From positions 2,108,001 to 2,172,000 of the forward strand of contig NW_026963302.1 in NCBI RefSeq assembly GCF_036588685.1: DNA of 64,000 nucleotides. Reading direction: 5' to 3'. The stretch is from Mytilus trossulus. Lineage: Eukaryota. Below the pieces are notes generated by a model that saw nothing but the letters and a program-made list of their open reading frames with translations, searched no databases and was not told the DNA's origin. Numbering within the stretch: position 1 is the first letter of the stretch; the number at the start of each line of letters is the position of its first letter. Positions 40,848-51,222 of the stretch are shown one piece after another. A program made the translations under genes and the position numbers.

Positions 40848-40989
40848 GGTATCATTGCGTAACAATTTTCATATTGGCTTAGTTATAGGTCCTCGGGCAG
40901 CCATATTGGCCTTCGGCTTCGCCTCAGGCCAATATGGTACCCTCGGACCTATAACTAAGCCAATATGAAAATTGTTACGCAATAATACC
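40848..40989. repeat. 142-bp imperfect palindrome (terminal hairpin) of the Crypton element
   Basis: 45-bp outer stem 40848-40892/40945-40989 (1 mismatch), asymmetric bubble, 12-bp inner stem 40901-40912/40926-40937, tip TC-GGC-TTC-GCC-TC. Confidence 0.97.
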
Positions 40990-41969
40990 ATATTAATGAT
41001 TGATTTACGGTTAGTTACATAACTCCAGTCAAAACAAGTTGAACAATATTTTTTGATGCAGATGTTCATTGATGCATGAGATGTGCATAGATGTATAAGA
41101 TGTGCAGACAGCTGTGCAGGTGTAAAATGATTTTTTAACTTTAACTTTGAATAAGGCGCGGAAGATTAATTTTATCAAATTTGTTACTGTATACAATATT
41201 TTGCCATTTTTAAACTATCGCCTTAAACTCAAGTGCAACTGTTCTTCTGGTCAATATTATATTTGATAAAGTATCGCGTATCAGTGTAAAATTTTACCTT
41301 GAACTGATATGGCAGTGTTATCTATTACTTTTTACAAAACATTATTTGACAAGGTGAATGACATACTTAGTTAAACAGTTATGATGACTGCTGGCGAAAT
41401 ATAGAACACATAATTATAGTGCATTTCTAGAGAAGAATACTCAGTTTGGATAACATCACAAAATTGTAAATACGTAAGAAAACTTTATTAATTCTAATAT
41501 ACGCTTGTTTAACCCTATTAAACATGTGAATGGGTGGACGTGAAGTAAATAAGCTTTAAACTTTAGCATGGGAACTAACAAAATGGAAGGATGCATGTGT
41601 CCGACTAGACACACAGTATCGTTATGTTGATTAATATATTATAATGCGCACACGTTTTTTTTTTTGCCATGTGCTTTTATTATCTGTTGTGTTTGAAGGA
41701 CAAGTGGTTGTCAAAACCGTTAAAGTTGCAGCTATTTAATGCAATAATAATATTTTTGACTTTTTATGTGTGTGCAAAACAAATACCCTTTAAAAACAAA
41801 CGAAATTTCCATTGTCATCTGTATGCTAATTTACAGAGAGTAACTCATACAATATAGAACTTAGAATAGGAATTTTACATAATAATTATGAAACAAGGCA
41901 TGTGAACTGATTGTCGGCGTATATATTATTTTACGTCTATTTTAAAACAGTCAGGTTTTGGAAGTTGCA

Positions 41970-42236
41970 TTGATCTGTAGTACTTCTTGTATTGTTGGTA
42001 GTTTGTATGATCTATTGTATTATCTAATATATTTAGTAGTTGGTGTGATCTATTATTTTGTCTAATATTTTTGGTAGTTATTTTGATCTATATTGTATTG
42101 TTCAATATTTTTGGTAGTTAGTGTGATCAATAATATTGTTTCACATTTTGGTGGTTGTTATGCTTTATTGTACTGTCTACTATTTTTGGTAGTTGGAATG
42201 ATCGATTAAACTGTCTAAAATTTTTAGTAGTTGGAT
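41970..42236. repeat. Degenerate ~41-bp tandem repeat, resuming at 45749-45820 after the inserted transposon
   Basis: Recurring ttggtagttg..tgatctattgta.tgtctaatatt unit on both sides of the insertion. Confidence 0.75.
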
Positions 42237-45200
42237 TAGTCTCGATAACCCAGACGCATATTTAAATATAGCGTCTGGGCTGGTCAGATATTTATAGGGG
42301 GCGTAACAAATAATTAAATATAGAACATATCTATAAATAGCACTTCCGGTATCCCCATTCTATTTAAAAACAATTAATGCAAACAGTAAACAGTGTAACG
42401 TTACATGTATAAAAGTTATGTGATTATTAAAACTGACATTTTGTAGTTGACCCTATTTTGCCCAACTTGCAGATGGGCAAATTTAAAAGAACGATCGAAA
42501 ACTGTAATTTATAGCGGTGGTCATTTTTCCTGAATTTTGTGTCACATGTAAAAAAAAATAATTAAGAATTAAGACAGAATTTTTTTTCGTGGGAAAAATT
42601 TGGTTGATTATATAAAGAAACAATGTAGCATGACTGTAGAGTGCCCTCATTATAACAAGGTCTGGATCAGCCACTGTTTGTGTATAGGGGGTATCACGCT
42701 CCGCTATGCGCTAAGAGAGCCCAGGTATCCGTATAGGTGGACCGTTGTACATAAAGCCATACAATATACCCTAATTTTCTGGTGAATTATAGTTTCTCCG
42801 ACATGTATCCCGAACGGCCTATAATCTAGGACCTCATCTTTATATTTATTGTCATTTTTTCAGTCCTGAACATTTAATACCAATATTTACCACAAGACGA
42901 TAACCAAGCAACCCAAAATCAATCTATTTTTATATTATAAAACACCACGTTTAATATTCTCTTATCTTCATACTATAAAATGTTCGATAAAATGTCATTT
43001 TTCTATATTTGTATTATAGCATACACTCTCTATTCTATGAAATATTTTCCACTTGACGTTATAAGCAACCAACAATTTATATTGTATCCACATTAGTCTG
43101 TATTCTTTATTTTCCCCCCTTTTTTCTTAGTTTTGTCTCGTTATTCTTATTTCTGTAAATCCTTGTTATAATTTATGCTTTCCTTTTTATATAATCTTTC
43201 AGATATCTGACGCACTTACCTAACTCGAAAAGCACACATCAAGTTACGTTTATGGAAAGAAAAACAACTCATACAAATACTGAGATTTCAATGTAGAAAA
43301 TCCTCCATAACAACTTATTACTGGCAGATTAGTGAGATCATACAATGAGCCAACTTTTTATTTACAAAATTAACTGATCTTAAAATTGCAAACGACAGAA
43401 TAGTCTGAATGTTTCACAATAATCTATATCGCCTAATCCTTTTGGGAAGAAAACATTTAGGGACCAATGTTCACACAATACCACTTTGTCAGTCTCCGTG
43501 TTCATGAGGAAATACATAAGTTAACCAGTCATTCATGAAACCCAATTTAATACTCTCTGAATACATGTATAAATCAATCACATGGAAAAGATGGAATGGG
43601 ATTTGTCCCATACTGCATAACTTGTAAAAAAAATAACTGAAAAGTGTATTCTCCTACTACAAACTATTATGCTGAGTTCACACGTAATATATTATATACG
43701 AATCCATCATGTATTTAAGGGCAGCTTCACAGAAATTCTCCTGTACATGCGAACCTTTACATAAAATAAGTAGATTGGTATGATTGCTGATGAGAACAAC
43801 CTAGCAAAGTTCAAATGACATGTATGTTCGCAAATATAATCACTGCTGGGCCTTCAATATTAAGAAAACTCCATACCATATAAATAACTGAGAAGGGCCA
43901 GACATGTAAATGAGATAAATTCAAACGTGAAAACTGTTAAATTTCTTATATGATTGTTGATTTGTTTAATTTCTCTGACATATCTGACAACAATGTGATT
44001 CTTGATTTTTGTTTTATTTACTTAATGACTGTTTGTGTACCTTTTTTCGCTTTATGGTTGCTGTCAGTATAATGTTTATACTGTGATTATAATTAATGAT
44101 TGCTGGCAGCTTCAGTATTTCAAAACAAATCTTTGAATATTTTTTTCTTATAAAATTGGAGCTGTTTATGATACAATGAAAATTCAAGCATATATGAAAA
44201 ACAAAATGTTTGGAAAAAACATCATATATAAATAAACATTTTAAAATGTCTTGGTGCAAGCTGAATCCTGCTACGGCATGCAAGATTATCTCGCTGTGTT
44301 GATGACACAACCCATTGGTAGCATTGGGTTGTTTCCTGTTCTTTTGTCGGGTTGATGTCTCTTTGACACATTCCCTGTTTGTAATCTCTATCAAAATCAT
44401 GCATGAACTGTTATCATTATTGAAGGCCATACCGTTGCCTATAAGTGCTCACATCCACCTTGTTTGAACTTGGGGTGGATAACTGTTTCATTGGTATTCA
44501 AACCACATCTTCTTATTTTTATAATGTTGACCTTTTGGTACTTTTATTCTCAACTTTTGTTTAAGTCAACAGTATGTCCTCTTAATTATGTTGATGTCTA
44601 CTTTTGGTAATGTATATCACTGGGATCAGTCATCGGTTGTTGCCTCATTGAGACCTCCTTTCATTGATGCTGGATCTATTGTTTTGCATAAAATCGAATT
44701 TTCAGTGTTTTCCTCATGCCATGTTTTTATTTTAAGGTTTAGAAAGCCAATTGGTATATATTCAACGACAACATTGTATGATTTCTTTTATGATTTTTTT
44801 TTAGTATGGAAAAAATGCCTTTTAAAAGTGCAAAAAAAGTATTGTCCAGTTGACCAGTCCAGACTTTGTTTACTAACAGTATATTTAAACTACTTTTTAT
44901 AACAACGTGTCCCACTTCTTCTATGTTTGTTTAAGCTAAATGCATTTGTTTAAAAAAAATCGAGCACAAATCATTTACACCGTTTGGTATATGTTCAAAT
45001 TGGCATCTTCTAGATATACTTTGTTTGGTTTTCTTCTGCTAATGGTTTTGGATTGCTTTCCCTCTTTTAAATGTGTACAACATTGCGCATCATTCCTCCC
45101 CCTTTTTTTTTTACACATATCAAAATGCTTTCTCCATTATACATTGCAGACAGATACAACAAACTTATCCTGGATGAAGTTCATATTTCATAGCACTTTC

Positions 45201-45748
45201 AATAAAATTTATAAAGTTAAAGATAATACAAATCAACCACAAAATGTATTTATAGCGTACACACGACTGTTCGAGTGGTCCCAGTCAATACAAAAATTGC
45301 CATTTATTATATTATTAACTGCTTGCGTAGCACGGACATACATGAAAGAATATAACTACTCAGTGTTTCAGGTTGTATTAAAATTTATGTAACAGTTTGT
45401 GTTGTTATATTATGATTATATCTTACCAAAGTTTGATGTGCTGTTATTTTCCTATGCGGTGATGGAAGCCATGCTCTCTGGTGTTTTCCACGACTTGTAT
45501 GTCGTCACAGAAAAATATAAATAGCTTTAAACAACAATCGGTACACTCGGGCTTTTCAATAGTATTATCGTAATATAATTTCTTCCGAAGTCAATAACCA
45601 ACTTCTTGGTTATTCGTCTTGGACATTATCTTTAAATACAAGCTAAAAAATCCGATACTATTCCGAATGTCATAAATTACCATTTTTATATCACTTGTCA
45701 TCCAGACGCTCTACTTTGAAAAATAAAGCGGCTGGATGATCGAGACTA
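42237..45748. mobile_element. 3.5-kb non-autonomous DNA transposon, AcademH-like (TAG..CTA termini, 9-bp TSD)
   Basis: TIRs TAGTCTCGATAACCCAGACGC / GCGGCTGGATGATCGAGACTA; perfect TSD TAGTTGGAT at 42228-42236 and 45749-45757; each end has a ccagacgc..gcg(t/g)ctgg stem-loop. Confidence 0.82.
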
Positions 45749-46726
45749 TAGTTGGATCGGTCTATAGTATTGTCTTTAATTTGGTAGTTGTTGTAATCTG
45801 TTGTACTGTCTAATATTATATGTATCACTGTCATCCTTATTGCGTATTATTTTGGATCATAAAATTCTGTTGAGGTACATCTCAGGATTGATTGATTGGT
45901 TGTTGTCTGTTTTACACTAAATGTCCAATATTTTAGTCATGTCCAAAACGAGAGCAAATACAACAAAACAGCTAATAAGTACATGTAGGTACTGCAAGTC
46001 AGTCAACATGGAGAGGGAGGAAGTAATTTCTTGAATACATGCATATGCAATTCCTCAATTCACATGTTCTTGATATGCTTCATGTATCTGCTCTCACTTC
46101 AAAATAAAATTCATCAACTTTAAGGATTGCCTAAAATAGAACTAAGAGACCCTTATGTTATGAATTATTGTATTTCATTATGCAAAAAAAACCCACCCTC
46201 CTTTCTGAACCCCCGACCCCGACTCTCTTTAGTCAAACTCTACACCTCTGGAATGTGTTATTTTAGTGATTATTTTAGCCTTTAAACACAGGCACTTGTC
46301 GCAGAAAAAAAATCCTATATATATATGCCTGTGTCTTTAAATCAAGCAATAAAGGCGCCATGATAAATCGTTTTTTCTAAAAATAAAATAATAAATTTTG
46401 AGTTGTATTAGTATAAAATATAAGAATGTTCAGTACCGTTTTATTGCTATTCATATATATTAAATCAAAAGACGTGGTATGAAGGCCAATGAGTAAACTC
46501 TCTACGAGGGGCCAAGTTTGTATCACGTTTGTTTGGAGGGAGTGCAAGATTGTATAAGTGCATGTAAAACAGTTCTATAAAATGTGTTATACTGGCTTTA
46601 AAATATATTACAAACGTTACGGTTTAAACTAGATAGACATTTTTCGGAATTACTGCTAATTAAGCTATTAAATAGAGTTTAGACTTCATGTTTATATATG
46701 TTTGTTTCTCTTTCACAGCTGGTATT

Positions 46727-49700
46727 ATGACAGATCCTAAATCCAGGCGATCATTGGGAAGATGGCGTTTAGCAGCCATCATCTTGGCGATTGTATCATT
46801 AGTACTATTTATTTGTCTTATAGCAATTCTTGTGACAACTCACACTAGGAAAAAGAAAATAACTACCTGTGGTAGTAAAGAAAAAGGACAGTATGGTCAT
46901 ATTGATCTTAAGGAATCAGATAACCCATCTGTGTTCCATCATTTAACTTCAAAAGAAATAGAAGGTTTGATGACGTATTTATATTCTCAGAAAACGCTCA
47001 ACTTAGTTAAGGCAGCAGACATGAAAGTCAATACAAGCTACGTCTTTTTAAGTGAATTATTTTTGCCAAGCAAAAGTTCTGTACTGGATTATCTAGACAA
47101 AAAGGGAACTCAGCCACCACGAGAAGCACGTGTTGTTATGTTACGAGGAGACAAACAAACACCAGATATTGAAGAAATTATAGTTGGTCCGTTACCGAAT
47201 CCAACCAAACACAGACCGAATCCTAACAGAAAAAAATCCATTCCATTTATATACCGTCCTGTTACCGGACCAGAACACGTTGGGTCAATAGAAATGGCTA
47301 CAGTGCAAGTTGACCAAGTACTTGGAACAATGTTCGAAGATATTTACGACGGAAAACTATTTAATTGTAATAGCAAATGCTTAATGATTCGGTACATAAC
47401 ACCGGTGTCTTCTGTGCAGTCCGGAGAGAAAAGACGTAAAACATGGTATTGGCTGTCACAGTCTGCGGAGTACTTCATTCTACACCCTCTAGATTTTTCT
47501 GTTTTGATAGACTTGGATGGACCAGACTATACAATCGAACAAGTTTGGTTTAATGGAAAACTGTATAAAACGCTGACAGATGTTTTAGATTACTATGAAG
47601 CAAATAAGGGGTCGATCTTAAAGGTTAAATTTCCAGATGTTAACAGAGATCTCTTCTCGACAATGAACCAACGTGGTACACCACCAATTAGTCCTCCTTT
47701 AAGAAATCCAGTACAAGTCTCACCTGATGGAAAGAGATATAATGTTAAGGATCGACATGTTGAATATATGTCTTGGCAATTTGATTTCGGGATGTCACCA
47801 ATAAGAGGCCCACAGCTGTTTGATTTAAGGTTTAAGAACGAAAGGATTGCGTATGAATTGAGTTTACAAGAACTTTCTGTATTCTATGCGGGATACAAAC
47901 CGATGCAAGCTTTAGCTAATTATTTAGATGGTGTTGGTTTAATAGGAATACAAGCAAAAGGACTTGTCCCTGGGGTCGATTGTCCACAAGACGCCACTTA
48001 TTTTAGTTCTACATTTCAAGTGGAGTCAGATGGTCCATTCTCATTTGAAAATGCTTTTTGTCTTTTTGAATACAACATGGGTATGCCTTTACGTAGACAT
48101 CATTCTTATTCGTTTTCTTATGGCAGGTTTTACGAAGGGATGGAATCAACAGTGTTGATCTTACGAACAATTGCAGTTATTATTAATTATGATTACGTAA
48201 TAGATTTTATGTTTTATCCGAACGGAGCTATGCAGGTCAAGGTTGTTTCTACTGGTTACGTACTTGGCACTTTCTATACGGACAATGAAAGTAAATACAG
48301 CTTCAAACTTCACGAGAATTTTGCAGCTAACATACACCAGCATTTGTTCAATTTCAAAGTAGATTTAGACATTCAAGGAACTTCAAACCGATTTGCAACA
48401 GCTAACATTGAAACTGAAAGTATACGGAACAAGTTTTCGAAAGATTCCAATGCAAGGTTAATACAACATAAATTTTCGACTTCTCTCAAAAGAACAGAAA
48501 AAGATGCTGCATACAAATTTGATTTTGAAACTCCAAAATATTTACTCGTATACAAAGAAGATGATAAATCAAGAAACGCGTATCGAAAGAGTAAAAGTTA
48601 TCGAATACTCAATAATGGAATGTCTAAACTAATTCTCCCAGAAGGAAAAGGAAACGAACCAAGTATAAGTTGGGCCAGAAATCAAGTTGCTATAACAAAA
48701 TACAAGGATTCGGAGCCGACGAGTAGTTCTTTGTATTCAATTCTAGATGCTGAAGACCCAATCGTACATTTTCAGAATTTTATTGATGATAATGAACCAA
48801 TAGTGGACGAGGTAAGTTGTATATGACGTATTCAACATTTAATTATAAAAACTAAACGATAATCTTGTAGAAATTAGCCCATCAACACTCCTTTGTTGAC
48901 ATGAAATATAATGATATGGTCATAATTATAAATTAACTGATTACAAAACTTAGAATGTTTGAAAACAGAGGCTTTTCTACCTCATGTGTAGAGTACCTTA
49001 GGTGTATTTGGCAACACTTTTTTTACGAATTTGCAGTCCTCAAACTCTTCAACTTCGTACTTTATTTGGCCTTTAAATTTGTTTTGATTCAAGCGTCACT
49101 GATGAATCTTTTGTGCACGAAACGCGGGTCAAGCTCATATACATAATTTCAATCCTAGTGTTTATGATGAGTTTATTTAAGAGGTGTAAAATTATGCATA
49201 TTTTATCTTTGAGTAAATGTCGGTGATATAGACCATACAAACATATATATTCAGAGTGTTTACATTCTATAAACACGATAAATGCAAGATTTTTGAACTC
49301 ACATTTAGGTATTTACTAAGTTATTTGTTTTGCTTCCAGGACGTACTATATAGTTTTGTAACTTGTGTGCCTTAGTCCTGTTTTGTTGTTGTAAAATTCT
49401 TAATGATATAAAAAAAAAGAAAAGATGCACCAACAACTAAATCGATGCACGCAACTTCTAGAATGGCATTCATTATGTATGATTGATGTCAAAACTTTAG
49501 AAATCAAAGAAAATTGCATTTAATTTTTCATATCACTATATATATATATTCATTCGAATTACAGATGAAATAGCACGACTATATGAGAGGTTTAATCTTT
49601 TGCTCAGAAAATTTAAGTTCATCATATCTTAAAGGATGATATATTGTGAACATAAAGTGCAATTAATTTTTCACAAAACATAAATGATCATACACACTGT

Positions 49701-50184
49701 TGTATCATTTCAAAAAAGCAAGTTGCATTCCATAAACTCTGAAAACACTGCGGATAGTCTGATACTGTTGCATTGATATATTCTTTGGAGAAAAACATCA
49801 CAGATTACAGAAAGAAAATATGCATTCATTTCTTATATAATTTGCAGATTATATTTATTTTTTTAGGATTTGGTAGCATGGGTCACAATGGGTATTCACC
49901 ATATTCCACACACTGAAGACTTGCCTGTTACACCTACTCCAGGGATGGAGTTAAGCTTTTACCTATTACCATACAACTATTTCGATGAAGATCCAGCAAT
50001 TTCTTCCTTGAATGCAGTCCGTATTGAACCAAAAGATAAAACCAAACTGAAGACATCTATTAACATAAACCGTTATGGCGTCAAACAAAGTATGCAGTGT
50101 GTACCTGAAAAAAATAAATATGACGAGGAAATTACAGAAAATCCGTCATTAATAATTGACACTGAAGGAGGCACATTCTTGTAA
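46727..50184 (+). CDS. Copper/TPQ amine oxidase, type II membrane-anchored (AOC-like), paralog A, 800 aa
   Basis: Exons 46727-48811 and 49867-50184 (gag|gtaagt..ttttag|gat, phase 0); N-terminal TM helix; catalytic base NYLD; TPQ motif NYDY; Cu ligands HQH and HIPH; PLRRH, DLVAWVT. Confidence 0.95.
49093..49135 (+). ncRNA. Degenerate minimal type-I hammerhead ribozyme motif in an intronic repeat
   Basis: gcgtca-CTGATGA-atcttttgtgcac-GAAAC-gcgg-GTC: conserved core boxes in order, but stems II and III are mismatched. Confidence 0.45.
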
Positions 50185-51222
50185 ATTTATAAGTAATAGA
50201 AAAACAAGATTCACGAATCAAACCGTCTGACCAGTAAAAAAAATATTGTACTGTCATATATTATGACAATATGTGTGTACATTTACTTGACAAATACTGC
50301 AATTATGTATGAATTTACTTAACAGCTAATATGCATTTTATACTATTTTTTAATTCGTGACGTATATAAATTGTATGCTTGATTCCATGCCATAAGAGTG
50401 TATATTTGTGTGTGTGTATGTCATTAAATGTTCATTACTGCTCCTTTAAAAAGCAAACGCATTATTTCATATTTTCATTAAACACAATTTGTGCATTGGA
50501 CTCTGTCAATTTTAATAACTACTTTTGGTGCCGGAATAACAAGTTTTGTTCACTCGGTATCCCTTAGATTTTGGGAGATTTGGCTAGCCATAAAACTAGG
50601 CTTAACCAACCATTTTTTTTTTTAGAATGAGCTGTGATCATGTCGGGAATGTGGAAGTCCGTCTCTATGTATTTTGGCGTTTGTTTTTGTTGCAGTTCAG
50701 TGTTTCTATTGTTCCGTTGTGTTCTACTTAAAGTTGATGCGTTTCCATCGTGTTTGGTTGATTTGCAATCCGGATTTGTTTTCGCTTTATCGATTTATGA
50801 CTATTTATCAGCGGTATATTTTTTTCTTTTTACGGGGACATCATTTATATTTGTATAAAAATCTTTGTTGTGAAGTTGTTCGAAAAGAAAATATAATGGT
50901 TTTCGCCTTCTCTACGTTACAGGTTTTTCGCCTTGTTTATGCCACTCTTCAAAATACGTTTTATATTTTACATGTATACAAATTGTTTATGTACCGAAAT
51001 TGTCTTTTTTTGTAGACTGCATGCTAATCCCTTGGTGATTATATATTTGGCTGTTGATGTGTATATACACTCAACATTTATATGTATTTATACATTTATA
51101 TGGCATGCAACTTCTCTGCAATTACCGATAAAGTTTGAAATAAACATACAACTAATTTTTCAGGAATATTAAGTATGAACAAAAGTTGGTAGTGTGAACA
51201 CTAATAACTTTACCCTGTGATC

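Larger units (their letters stand above)
37959..40997 (+). mobile_element. Crypton-type tyrosine-recombinase element, copy 2 (apparently intact)
   Basis: Intact spliced YR gene, AATAAA at 40686, complete 142-bp terminal hairpin, TATTAAT at both ends; right boundary uncertain (40997 or ~41029). Confidence 0.88.

Noticed and set aside
46688-46726. N-terminal extension MFIYVCFSFTAGI of amine oxidase A in the ORF track
   Set aside because: It runs through a polypyrimidine tract and acceptor (tttctctttcacag); paralog B supports the ATG at 46727. The ORF tails VSCI and VNV are likewise intron read-through.
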